Below are positions 48,792-57,925 of a stretch of DNA of 64,000 nt, piece after piece. The position numbers and the translations under genes are program-made. The DNA is taken from positions 1 to 64,000 of IMG/VR virus record IMGVR_UViG_3300009161_006153; one strand, given 5' to 3'. The notes under the pieces are model-generated. The model was not told where the DNA came from and did not search any database. It saw nothing but the letters and a program-made list of their open reading frames with translations. The number at the start of each line of letters is the position of its first letter. The first letter of the stretch is position 1. This DNA comes from a virus.

Positions 48792-48847
48792 AAAAAGATT
48801 TTTTTAGTTCAAATTTTTTTTTTACATTTATTTCTTAATCCCTAAGA

Positions 48848-49474
48848 ATGTCATTTTCCCCAGCTTCAGGAAGCATTTATTTATCAATTTCTGATTTTTT
48901 GGATAATATATCCGGTCATGATTTTTCTAAATTTTTAGAATTTAGAAATTGGAGAATTCAACAAATTTATAATACTCAGAATGACACTAATGACATATTA
49001 ATTTCTTGGGATAAATCAGAATTAAATAAAGATTCAGAATTTTTCTATACCAATTCCAAGGATCAGAGAATGGATTCCATTTATCTTAGAATGGCAAAGG
49101 TGTGGGGAGAGAATTCCTATTGCACAAGAATGAAAGTCGGATGTCTTGTTGTTAATCAAAAATCTATAATATCGGACGGATATAACGGATCCCCATCTGG
49201 ATTTCTTAATCAATGTGAGAGCGAGGATAATATTACCCTCCCCCATATATTACATGCAGAAGCTAATGCTATAACAAAAATTGCAAAAAGTACACAGAGC
49301 TCTTACGGATCAACTTTATATGTTACTCTTTCCCCTTGTTTTGAGTGTTCAAAACTTATAATTCAATCGGGCATAAAAAGGGTGGTTTTTAACGAACTTT
49401 ATAGAAAAACAGATTCAATTCCCTTTTTAGTCAGAGGAGGGGTTGAGATCTTAAAAATTGAACCAATGGAGTAG
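48848..49474 (+). CDS. dCMP deaminase
   Basis: VGC, GYNG.P, HAEANAI, TLSPCFECSK. Confidence 0.88.
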   Translation: MSFSPASGSIYLSISDFLDNISGHDFSKFLEFRNWRIQQIYNTQNDTNDILISWDKSELNKDSEFFYTNSKDQRMDSIYLRMAKVWGENSYCTRMKVGCLVVNQKSIISDGYNGSPSGFLNQCESEDNITLPHILHAEANAITKIAKSTQSSYGSTLYVTLSPCFECSKLIIQSGIKRVVFNELYRKTDSIPFLVRGGVEILKIEPME

Positions 49475-49488
49475 AATAATAGTAAAAA
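49460..49488 (+). promoter_or_regulatory. Class-II promoter variant GAACC-N18-TAAAAA
   Basis: Upstream of the ECF-like sigma gene. Confidence 0.4.
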
Positions 49489-49503
49489 ACAAAAAGAAAT
49501 ATA

Positions 49504-50115
49504 ATGCTGAAACAAAAAGAAAAAAACATCCAGAATCTGGCAGAGGACTTTATTGTCAAAAAATGCGACATCTCCTTCAAAAAACTCTTCGAAAGACTAA
49601 AGCCAGGAGTCTCAAATCATTGTTTACTTATTCTCAAAGATCCAGATCTTGCAGAAGATGCTTTCCTTAACACCATGTCTAAGATCTGGACTAAAATAGA
49701 TCAGTATGATATGGAGAGAGGAAACTTCTCTACCTGGTGTTATAATATCGCCAGAAATGAATCTCTCCTTTTAATAAAATCAAGAAAGAAAGTTCTAAGC
49801 TTTTCTGACAGTGATTTAGAATTTCTATGCTCCACCAATTCTCTAGGTGATTACGGGGGTAATTATCAAATGGATGATGATCCATCATTTAATTTATTTT
49901 GTGAAAAAAATAAAACCGATGACGTTTACGAATTGGTTTTAGAAGAAATCAAAGCTCTACCCGAATTATATAGAGATATAATGATTGATCGGGAAATCAA
50001 TGGAATGAAATACAAGGATATTGCTGAGAAGTATAATATCAAAAAAAGATCAATTGCTACTCGGATTAGAAGAGCAAGGGGTAGGATACGTAAAAAAATG
50101 AGTGGGAAACAATAA
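49504..50115 (+). CDS. RNA polymerase sigma70-family factor, ECF-like
   Basis: Region 2 AEDA...F.TW.Y.IARN; region 4 LP..YR......GM.YKDIA......RIRRAR. Confidence 0.88.
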   Translation: MLKQKEKNIQNLAEDFIVKKCDISFKKLFERLKPGVSNHCLLILKDPDLAEDAFLNTMSKIWTKIDQYDMERGNFSTWCYNIARNESLLLIKSRKKVLSFSDSDLEFLCSTNSLGDYGGNYQMDDDPSFNLFCEKNKTDDVYELVLEEIKALPELYRDIMIDREINGMKYKDIAEKYNIKKRSIATRIRRARGRIRKKMSGKQ

Positions 50116-50134
50116 TACTAATTTTTAATATAAA
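50106..50134 (+). promoter_or_regulatory. Class-II promoter GAAAC-N18-TATAAA
   Basis: 8 nt before ATG 50143. Confidence 0.6.
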
Positions 50135-50142
50135 AAAAGATT

Positions 50143-50571
50143 ATGCTCAGATTATTTAAAGTCTTAAGGGAAATTAAGGTATATCGGGACTATTTAAAAA
50201 TTGTCAAAAACGAGTCTTTAAACTCCCCTCTGTGGACTAGAAGAAATTTAAGGAGTGATTGGGTTGGCCGGATTTATACTGTTATAAATTTACCCCCACA
50301 AGTTACTCAATCCCCAGATCTTCCTAGAGAGGCTAGACCTTCTTTTGTTGTTAATGAGATTAAGCCTATAAATGACTATTTAAAATCTTTAAATCTCGAG
50401 GAGATTATTACAGTAGGGATTAAACCTGTTGAAGGCACAACGGAGGAATCCTATCTGGTTGTTTATCAATATGTTTTCAAGCATCTTACCCTGCTTTGGA
50501 TTCTGAGATTTATTGTTGAGGTGGTTGCTTTAACCCTAATCTCTATTAAATTGTATAATTACTTTATATAA
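50143..50571 (+). CDS. Hypothetical protein with C-terminal TM helix
   Basis: Hydrophobic C-terminus LTLLWILRFIVEVVALTLISI. Confidence 0.6.
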   Translation: MLRLFKVLREIKVYRDYLKIVKNESLNSPLWTRRNLRSDWVGRIYTVINLPPQVTQSPDLPREARPSFVVNEIKPINDYLKSLNLEEIITVGIKPVEGTTEESYLVVYQYVFKHLTLLWILRFIVEVVALTLISIKLYNYFI

Positions 50572-50575
50572 AAAT

Positions 50576-51379
50576 ATGCGTGATGCTTTAGAATTATATA
50601 AGATTGATATAGATGAAAAATTAAAGATTTTTTCAGATCCCAAATTCGTTTTTCATTCGGATGCCCATATTTATGAGTATGATGGTAGAAAATTCGAATC
50701 TGTAACTACCTTTATAAAAAATTTCAAGATCCCGTTTGATCGTGAATATTGGTCTAGAAAAAAAGCTATAGAAAGAGGAGTTGATCCCTCTGTGATACTT
50801 GAGGAATGGAACCAAAAATCATCTAAATCTTTAGTCTTAGGTAGAGAAGTTCATAAATATATTGAAGATTTTTGGATGGGACAAAATCCAGAAATGCCAC
50901 AGGATGAAACTATAAAAGAAAGAGTCGAAAAATTTTTGGATTTCTATGAAAAGAAGTTAAAATATTTTTTACCCCTTAAATCAGAGCTTAAGATATTTTC
51001 AAAAAAATGGAGGATCTCTGGAACTATAGACCAGCCTTTCCTTTTTTGGGATGAAAAACAAAATCTTCCTCTCCTTGTGATTGGTGATTGGAAGACGAAT
51101 GGCGAGTTTAAAGATGACGAGCATCCCAAAGGCAGATATAAAAAACTTCTTAGGCCTTTTTCACATCTCTGGGAAAACAGCCATAATGAATATTCAATAC
51201 AGGTTAGCCTATATAGACTTATTTTGGAGGAGGAAGCTAATATAGTAACAGGCGGAGGATTTCTTTGCCATATTGGACCGGACGGACCTGCAAAATTTTA
51301 CCCTGCTAAGGATTTAAGAGAGCCGCTTAGGGCATACCTCGAAAATAACAGATCAGAATCCGATATCTTTGATATTTAA
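50576..51379 (+). CDS. PD-(D/E)XK exonuclease-like
   Basis: SVTT, G..VH..IE, E, SGTID, DWKT, Q.S.Y. Confidence 0.8.
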   Translation: MRDALELYKIDIDEKLKIFSDPKFVFHSDAHIYEYDGRKFESVTTFIKNFKIPFDREYWSRKKAIERGVDPSVILEEWNQKSSKSLVLGREVHKYIEDFWMGQNPEMPQDETIKERVEKFLDFYEKKLKYFLPLKSELKIFSKKWRISGTIDQPFLFWDEKQNLPLLVIGDWKTNGEFKDDEHPKGRYKKLLRPFSHLWENSHNEYSIQVSLYRLILEEEANIVTGGGFLCHIGPDGPAKFYPAKDLREPLRAYLENNRSESDIFDI

Positions 51380-51382
51380 TAG

Positions 51383-51411
51383 GGAACAAAAAGATATAAA
51401 CAAACTAAAAA
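51383..51411 (+). promoter_or_regulatory. Class-II promoter GGAAC-N18-TAAAAA
   Basis: 11 nt before ATG 51423. Confidence 0.5.
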
Positions 51412-51422
51412 AAATAAAAAAT

Positions 51423-51971
51423 ATGTCAATTCAAAAAGTTAATCAAGAAGAAATTATTTTATCTGGTCCAGAATCATCTGATGTCACAGATTTTGAAACA
51501 CAAGAGACAACAGAAGTTCCTGAGAGTGATTTTATGTCTACGATTGATCAAGCAAAAATATCTGAGATCGAGTCTAAAATTCAGGAGAAGAAAGAGGAGA
51601 TCAAGAATAAGGTTTATGCAGTTAATATGTCAGAGGCCACTTTTAATAAATTTTGTGATTTTATGTCAACCAAAGCAGAATGGTCTGGCACAGAGGCATT
51701 GGGTATTAAAGAGGTGAATAAGCAGCTTGAAAAAATTAACAAGGATGGTGGTGTTAAAAATTCTGTTATATACTTAGGAGCTTTACCCCTTGAAGCTAGC
51801 CACTATTTCCTTTCTAAATCAAAAGGAGCTGGCTTAAAATCGGCTGAGGATTTTCTAACCATATATAAAGCTCTAGATCAAGCTCTAAACGATGCTAAAA
51901 ACGACGCGGTAGAGATAAAGAATTTAGAGAAGGAATTAAATGCATCTCTTCAAGGTATAGACCTTGCGTAG
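51423..51971 (+). CDS. Hypothetical protein
   Basis: Start reassigned to ATG 51423 (MSIQKVNQ), downstream of the promoter motif. Confidence 0.6.
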   Translation: MSIQKVNQEEIILSGPESSDVTDFETQETTEVPESDFMSTIDQAKISEIESKIQEKKEEIKNKVYAVNMSEATFNKFCDFMSTKAEWSGTEALGIKEVNKQLEKINKDGGVKNSVIYLGALPLEASHYFLSKSKGAGLKSAEDFLTIYKALDQALNDAKNDAVEIKNLEKELNASLQGIDLA

Positions 51972-51994
51972 TAATAACCTCTATTAAAAATACT

Positions 51995-52020
51995 GGCCAG
52001 GATAATTCCTGGCTTTTTTT
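51995..52020 (+). terminator. Intrinsic terminator
   Basis: GCCAGGA-taat-TCCTGGC-TTTTTTT. Confidence 0.85.
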
Positions 52021-52034
52021 GTAGTTTGTTTTCA

Positions 52035-52042
52035 AATATATA
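52035..52042 (+). promoter_or_regulatory. Late-type promoter AATATATA
   Basis: After the terminator, 18 nt before ATG 52061. Confidence 0.6.
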
Positions 52043-52060
52043 TAGATAAATCATTTAGCT

Positions 52061-52372
52061 ATGAAGATAATTGAAAAAATGCAACAAAACATTTGGGCCA
52101 TCTTGCTTTTCTTTGTTATTGTTGTATTTCTTAAGCAATGCTCTATAACTAGAGAGCAGAATAAAATATCAAAGGATATCAAGTCCATAAGAACACAAAT
52201 AGACTCATTAGCGAGTAAGAGAGATGTTATAAGGGAAATCAAAATTGAAGGCCTAAAAACGTCAAAAAGAACATTGTACGATTGGAATTCTGTCATAAGG
52301 ACAACAACTAGACCCGATGATAGAATGAATGAATATGACAAAGAAATAGAGGTGTTAGAAAAAACTAAATAA
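52061..52372 (+). CDS. Single-TM coiled-coil membrane protein
   Basis: IWAILLFFVIVVFLKQC followed by a coiled coil. Confidence 0.6.
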   Translation: MKIIEKMQQNIWAILLFFVIVVFLKQCSITREQNKISKDIKSIRTQIDSLASKRDVIREIKIEGLKTSKRTLYDWNSVIRTTTRPDDRMNEYDKEIEVLEKTK

Positions 52373-52377
52373 ATTAG

Positions 52378-53112
52378 ATGAAAAAAGGGTTAGTCCATTG
52401 GTTTATAATTTCCACATTTATCTCGTTGTATTTGATAGTTTCGATTATCTCTACAATACACGTTATTGAATTTTTTAGTCTTTCAAATCCATATTGGTTA
52501 TCAGTTTCCCTAGCTATAGCTTTCGAGGTTGGAGCTGCTGCATCCCTAGCATCTCTTATAGTCTTGGATAAAATGAATAAACTGTTAGTTTGGGTACTTT
52601 TTATCACCCTGACTTTTATGCAGGCAATGGGAAATACCTACTATGCTTTCACCAATCTACACGATTACCAATCATGGATAGAATTATTTGGATTGGTTGA
52701 CGAGGATGTAATATACCAAAAAAGAATGCTTTCCCTTATAAGCGGTGCTATACTTCCTCTTATAGCACTAGGTTTTATAAAATCATTAGTTGATTATATA
52801 AAACCATCGTCTGAGATTTTAGAAAAAAGTAAAGATGCACAGAAAAATGTAGAAATCTCGGACAATGAAACTGAAAAATCTGAAACACCTGTTTTTATTG
52901 AGAATCCCGGACGTGAAGAAAAACAGGAGAACGCCGTGATTGAAGATTTTAAACCCGATGAAATATCCGATCCCTTTGTAATCCAAGAAGATCTATCCCA
53001 GATTAATGATCAAAGTATCGGGGGGAACCAAATACAACCTGGGATACAGCACATTAATATGAAAAGAATAGAAGACCCAGTCTTACGTTATAGAGAGTCT
53101 CTAAAAAAATAA
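52378..53112 (+). CDS. Multi-pass membrane protein
   Basis: About four hydrophobic segments plus an acidic soluble tail. Confidence 0.65.
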   Translation: MKKGLVHWFIISTFISLYLIVSIISTIHVIEFFSLSNPYWLSVSLAIAFEVGAAASLASLIVLDKMNKLLVWVLFITLTFMQAMGNTYYAFTNLHDYQSWIELFGLVDEDVIYQKRMLSLISGAILPLIALGFIKSLVDYIKPSSEILEKSKDAQKNVEISDNETEKSETPVFIENPGREEKQENAVIEDFKPDEISDPFVIQEDLSQINDQSIGGNQIQPGIQHINMKRIEDPVLRYRESLKK

Positions 53113-53122
53113 TATAAATTAA

Positions 53123-53809
53123 TTGAACGAGCAAGACCCAAATATATCTAACACCTTAAATTTTGACGGTGGAAATTCTTTAGGTGGTGGCATAGATTTA
53201 CCCGGGGGTAATTCAACCTATGCGCAAAACCCTCTTCAGGGATCACCGACTGGTGGATTGTTTATTACCCAATACACAAATATAGCTAGGACCCAAGCTC
53301 AATTCACAAGAATAAATGCAACTTTTAGGGACTTTAATATCCAGCCTTCCCTCAGATTTTCTGGGGAAAAAATAAGGGTTACACAAAGGGCTGAAACTTT
53401 GGACTTTCTCGACCTTGCTTCTTTTTTTCATCCTATACAATCTTTTTCAGAGTTTCAAAAACAGACTTTCGTTATTAACCCAAGAAGTACCATTAATTTA
53501 GATCCTTTTAGTTTTACGACAACTAACGGGGAAGTATCTTTAATAATGGCTAGAGCATACTATCTTCCTGAGGCAACCCCGGAGTCAATGCTTCTTTTCT
53601 GGGATTATCAAGGGAATGATAGAAATGTTATGGGACAAATAATGGTCCTTAGTGGAGCTGTGAAAAACAGCTCAGCCTGGGAGGGATGGGACCTAAATCC
53701 TTTTACCGATGTAAATCACACTGATCCGGCAAACATCTCATTAGGTGGATTATCTTTTACTAATCCAACTGATCTGAATGTCAAGCTTTCAATATTAGTT
53801 TCTAGCTAA
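53123..53809 (+). CDS. Hypothetical virion protein (paralogue of next ORF)
   Basis: SFS.....V.P.S.I.L ... G.VS.I ... LSG ... EGW.L ... GG....NP ... K..ILV. Confidence 0.6.
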   Translation: MNEQDPNISNTLNFDGGNSLGGGIDLPGGNSTYAQNPLQGSPTGGLFITQYTNIARTQAQFTRINATFRDFNIQPSLRFSGEKIRVTQRAETLDFLDLASFFHPIQSFSEFQKQTFVINPRSTINLDPFSFTTTNGEVSLIMARAYYLPEATPESMLLFWDYQGNDRNVMGQIMVLSGAVKNSSAWEGWDLNPFTDVNHTDPANISLGGLSFTNPTDLNVKLSILVSS

Positions 53810-54295
53810 ATGGCAACACAACCAATTATATGCCCGTATGAAGAGGTACCTGGATTTAGATTTTTCAGGGGTAATCTTGTTCTTGATGATGGGAAAACAT
53901 CATCACCCCCAGTTTACATGTATCTCTCTGATATAATTTCTGAGGTTACCTCCTTTTCAAAATCTAGCGTGACAGTAAGGCCGAGTTCTTGTATACTTTT
54001 ATCCCAAACAGATATAGGTGATAGTTTAGGTTATGTGAGCTTTATAGCTATCAGAGCTAATTTTGTCGGAGCTGGATACGAGACTAAAAAATATTACAAC
54101 TGGACGTACGACGAGGTAACCTATACTTCCGGGGAGTTGCTAATACTTTCAGGCCCAAGCCTTTCAGCAACAACATCAATTTACGAAGGATGGTTTTTAT
54201 CTAAGCCTGGGGTCTATTCACAGAGCGGGGGTATTCTATTATGCAATCCACATACCGATATTACTATAAAAATGGAAATTCTGGTTGCTCTTTAA
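53810..54295 (+). CDS. Hypothetical virion protein (paralogue of previous ORF)
   Basis: Same motif series as 53123..53809. Confidence 0.6.
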   Translation: MATQPIICPYEEVPGFRFFRGNLVLDDGKTSSPPVYMYLSDIISEVTSFSKSSVTVRPSSCILLSQTDIGDSLGYVSFIAIRANFVGAGYETKKYYNWTYDEVTYTSGELLILSGPSLSATTSIYEGWFLSKPGVYSQSGGILLCNPHTDITIKMEILVAL

Positions 54296-54342
54296 TTTAT
54301 TGGGCTACCGTTAAATATATACATAAAAGTTAGTCCGGAAAA

Positions 54343-54350
54343 GATATATA
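54343..54350 (+). promoter_or_regulatory. Late-type promoter GATATATA (second copy AATATATA at 54314-54321)
   Basis: Two tandem motifs in the intergenic gap before ATG 54374. Confidence 0.65.
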
Positions 54351-54373
54351 ACTAGTTAAAAAAATACGAAACC

Positions 54374-56803
54374 ATGGATCTTATAAATCAAGTTAGACTT
54401 TTAAAGCAGCAAACTAATTCGGAGGAGGTCAAAAACCTATGTGAAAGTTTTCTGAAAGGTGAAATTCAAATTTCAGAAAGTCAACTAAACGAGATGACTT
54501 CCGATCTTCAAAATATTGGGGCATCTTACAACCCTCCTAAGGACCTAAGAGAGCAAATCAGAGACGAGGAGATTTCAGCATCCAAGAGAATAGCTGAATC
54601 TTTGATGAACAATTGGGAGGTAGGTAAAATTAAATCCCTTAACAACTCAGGCTCATATCTTTCATTGGAAAAGGAGATAAAGGAAAATGAATCAAACCTA
54701 GTTGAGTCACTGTCTCAGCATATATCTGATCCTAGTGCAAGATCCTTTGTTGAAACACAGGGACTAAACAATCTTGGAATACTTGAAGGATTGGATACCT
54801 TAAAAGGATGCGGGATAAATCAGCATCCAGGTTTTAAAATGATGGCTGAAAAATATTCCGGCTTAATCAAATATAAAAATATACCAGAAACGAGATTAAT
54901 CCATGGATTTATTCACGAGTGCTCTGCTTTCAAATGGGACAGCGACGTAGAACAAGTTGTTGAATCAATTCAGAATAGGGCTGAGAAATACTCAAGAGAA
55001 ATAGAGATAATCAAAGTTTTAGAATCAATACAAAATAGCGCTAATAGATCTTTTTATTCTGAACTTAGCGATTCTTTGAACGAGTGGATAGTTTCAAATG
55101 ATAAATCCTCGGCTCTTTTAGCAAAAAATATTCAAAAATGGTCTTTTAATCCAGTTGTTAAAAACCTAATTAATTTTTTAACAATAAACGAATCAAAGGG
55201 AACAGGAAAACTTGAACTTCCTATTGTAAATCAGGGAGAATCTAGAGTGGAAAGAATTTATACTGCGGCTCACATCTCTGAAGGAGTTTCTATTTTCTTA
55301 ATAGGAAACACCCTTTTTGAAATGAGCGACAACGGCTTAACAAAATTAGGATCTAACGGCATTAAAGGTCTTCCCAATGATTATGTAAATTTAATTTCAG
55401 CTCTAGCCAAGACTTATGTAAAAGTAAATGAGGATGGAGTTTTTGTAAATCTAGGAAGAAGCACAGTTAGATTAATAGAAGAGGATTTAGAAAAAAGTGT
55501 TTATTTTAATAATAAAAAAATTAAATTCAATACTTTAAATGAGCTTGGAAAATACCTCTCAATGGAAATCGGTTCTTTTATTGGAGGTGTGAATGAAAAT
55601 GCAGTGGTTAAGGATGTTATTGAAATTTACAAAGGACTAGAAAACATCGTGGAACTTGATTTTGCTAAATCGATAGTTTCTAATATTTATGAAGGTGTTA
55701 GTATAAATCTTTTAAAGCACAATAATGAAATATACTTAAACCGCGTTAACGAATCAATGAGAGAGAATTCACTGTATAAAGTGAACGGAACTCAGGCTGT
55801 TCAAGCGGTGAAAGAATTTTTAAGATACGATATCTCTGAAGGATTAACCGAGTTTTTAGAAGGAGATCATAAGGTAAAATCAATAATGGTTAACGATAGA
55901 ACCAAGGTTTTAGAAAATATCTCTAAGGTTGAATTAGAGATTGATAAGATAGAGTCATTGATAGAGTCAAGCACAGAATATGCACAATCAGAACAAATAA
56001 AATCTGCTCACAGATTGCTAAGTAATGAATTGGGCATTCTTAAAGAGAAGTGGAATCAAATAAATAACGAATTAAAAAAATTAGATTTCGGCATATCTCA
56101 ATCTTGTGATTTGAACGAGGATAGCGCTTTTGATATTGGAGACTATATAAAAGTTAAAGAATCTGGTGAAACCGGAAAAATCATTTCGATCGACGGAACC
56201 TCTGGAAGATATACTGTTTTGTTAGATAATGGAAAAACATCTGATTTTATCGTAAATGAAATAGTTGATTTGGATACTGCTTTAAGTCAAGCAGCAGATA
56301 AAAATTCAGAAGAAAATCCAGAAGATTATGATGGTGAAGAGGAAGTTAAAGAGAATACTTTGAACAAATCAACTCTGTCTGTGGAAGAGCAGGTGAAGAT
56401 ATTAAAAAATCTTGCTAGCGGTCATGGATTCTCAAAAGCTCCTGGAACGAAAAAAGGAGATATAGATATTAAGGTAAATGATCTTCAGGGTTACAACCTA
56501 ACAATGAATGAAACTTCAAAGAAGGAAGCAAGTTCTCAAGATACCTATGCTAAAGCACCAGGGGATAGCAAAATGGGAAGCCAAAAAAATGCTAATCCTA
56601 AAGGAAACCTATCATCTGCTCCGGTAGCTAAGGGAATGGTAAATGGAAAAACTGAGGGTAAAGATTCATTCCCAACAAATGCGCCAGAAACTAAGGGTAA
56701 ATCTGATTTTGAAGCGGGAGATGAAACTGGATCTGACTATGAAACAGGATACAATTTAAGAGAGGGAAACATTGACGAGGATAACGATTTAAAAAAAAAC
56801 TAA
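54374..56803 (+). CDS. Prohead core/scaffold-like protein with KOW/SH3-like segment
   Basis: Many [LIV]xE sites (LCES, ISES, IAES, LVES, INES, VNES, LNED...), FDIGDYIKV...TGKI KOW-like segment, xxxAP repeats; ends LKKN*. Confidence 0.5.
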   Translation: MDLINQVRLLKQQTNSEEVKNLCESFLKGEIQISESQLNEMTSDLQNIGASYNPPKDLREQIRDEEISASKRIAESLMNNWEVGKIKSLNNSGSYLSLEKEIKENESNLVESLSQHISDPSARSFVETQGLNNLGILEGLDTLKGCGINQHPGFKMMAEKYSGLIKYKNIPETRLIHGFIHECSAFKWDSDVEQVVESIQNRAEKYSREIEIIKVLESIQNSANRSFYSELSDSLNEWIVSNDKSSALLAKNIQKWSFNPVVKNLINFLTINESKGTGKLELPIVNQGESRVERIYTAAHISEGVSIFLIGNTLFEMSDNGLTKLGSNGIKGLPNDYVNLISALAKTYVKVNEDGVFVNLGRSTVRLIEEDLEKSVYFNNKKIKFNTLNELGKYLSMEIGSFIGGVNENAVVKDVIEIYKGLENIVELDFAKSIVSNIYEGVSINLLKHNNEIYLNRVNESMRENSLYKVNGTQAVQAVKEFLRYDISEGLTEFLEGDHKVKSIMVNDRTKVLENISKVELEIDKIESLIESSTEYAQSEQIKSAHRLLSNELGILKEKWNQINNELKKLDFGISQSCDLNEDSAFDIGDYIKVKESGETGKIISIDGTSGRYTVLLDNGKTSDFIVNEIVDLDTALSQAADKNSEENPEDYDGEEEVKENTLNKSTLSVEEQVKILKNLASGHGFSKAPGTKKGDIDIKVNDLQGYNLTMNETSKKEASSQDTYAKAPGDSKMGSQKNANPKGNLSSAPVAKGMVNGKTEGKDSFPTNAPETKGKSDFEAGDETGSDYETGYNLREGNIDEDNDLKKN

Positions 56804-56964
56804 GTCGTAACTTTTACTTTGCTCCAAAGGCTGAGAATCAGAACGAGCCAGGAAAGAAATTTATAGATTCTCCTGACGGAAAATTTAGTAAAGCACCAAC
56901 AGGTCAAAGTCCAATAAAGAAATATACAGAATACCAGGGGGAAGAGGAAGAGGAGTCTAAATAG
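56800..56964 (+). CDS. -1 frame C-terminal extension of the 54374 protein (54 aa)
   Basis: LSRNFYFAPKAENQNEPGKKFIDSPDGKFSKAPTGQSPIKKYTEYQGEEEEESK*. No start codon; follows an A9 run / A_AAA_AAC; repeats the FSKAP motif. Confidence 0.65.
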   Translation, partial: LSRNFYFAPKAENQNEPGKKFIDSPDGKFSKAPTGQSPIKKYTEYQGEEEEESK

Positions 56965-56980
56965 GGAAAAAACAATACAC

Positions 56981-57013
56981 AAAAAGAACACTATTCGTAG
57001 TGTTCTTTTTTTT
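56981..57013 (+). terminator. Intrinsic terminator with TTCG loop
   Basis: AAAAAGAACACTA-TTCG-TAGTGTTCTTTTTTTT. Confidence 0.9.
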
Positions 57014-57042
57014 GAAATATTATCATACATCTAATCTAAAAA
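57014..57042 (+). promoter_or_regulatory. Class-II promoter GAAAT-N18-TAAAAA
   Basis: Directly after the terminator, upstream of the gp55-like gene. Confidence 0.5.
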
Positions 57043-57071
57043 GAATATCATTCCAAATAACCCAAAACTAA

Positions 57072-57431
57072 ATGGCAAAAGACTATGTAAGAAATCCGGA
57101 CCTCCTTGTGGCGGTAAAAGAATCCAAAAATCAAGGTAAGTTAACCCCTGAAACAATAAGGATGTTTAATTTAATGATACAAGGTATTTCAAAAAAAATG
57201 GCTTACAAAGATCAAGATGACAAAGACGATTGCATGGCTTTTGCAATGGAGGATCTTTGTAAATACTGGGATAGATTCAATCCTGAGAAATCTAATAACC
57301 CGTTTGCGTATTTCACTCAAATAGCTAAAAATGGTTTTGCAAAAGGATGGAAAAAGCTCCATCCCCCGAAAAATCCAAAGACTATTCCTTTTAGTTACAT
57401 AACTGGCGATGATAACAGCTATAATGTTTAA
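57072..57431 (+). CDS. gp55: Late-transcription sigma factor (T4 gp55-like, short)
   Basis: YV.N..L, FNPEKSNNPFAYFTQIAKN.F. Confidence 0.8.
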   Translation: MAKDYVRNPDLLVAVKESKNQGKLTPETIRMFNLMIQGISKKMAYKDQDDKDDCMAFAMEDLCKYWDRFNPEKSNNPFAYFTQIAKNGFAKGWKKLHPPKNPKTIPFSYITGDDNSYNV

Positions 57432-57439
57432 TCATTACC

Positions 57440-57925
57440 ATGACAGATATAAAAAAAATAAAGCCTAGTGGCGAGTATAAATCTGGAAAATTTGAGCCTA
57501 GCAATCCCCAAAAATATATTGGAGACATCCACAATATAATTTACAGATCTTCGTGGGAGTACAGATTTTGTGTCTATTGTGATACAAATGAAAGCATACT
57601 AAAATGGTCCTCCGAGCCAATTGCTATAAAATACGTTAATCCCTTGGATAAAAAGGAGCATGATTATAATGTCGATTTTTATATAAAGGTTCAAGCTATC
57701 TCAGAGATCCAAGAGTGGATTATAGAGATCAAGCCTGAAAAACAAACTAAAAAACCTATATTCGAAGGGTCCAATGCAACACTACAAAAGCTAAAATCTT
57801 ATAACAGGAACATGCAGATCTGGATAACGAATCAAGCTAAATTTAAAGCAGCAAAACACTGGGCGGAAAAAAGAGGTTTTAAATTCGGTGTAGTTGGTGA
57901 AAATTTTCTATTTAGAAGTAAATAA
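57440..57925 (+). CDS. gp4: Head completion nuclease (T4 gp4 / TnsA-like)
   Basis: G.F.P.NP.KY.GD, YRSSWE, WSSE, DFY, EIKP..QT, N.AK..AA. Confidence 0.88.
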   Translation: MTDIKKIKPSGEYKSGKFEPSNPQKYIGDIHNIIYRSSWEYRFCVYCDTNESILKWSSEPIAIKYVNPLDKKEHDYNVDFYIKVQAISEIQEWIIEIKPEKQTKKPIFEGSNATLQKLKSYNRNMQIWITNQAKFKAAKHWAEKRGFKFGVVGENFLFRSK

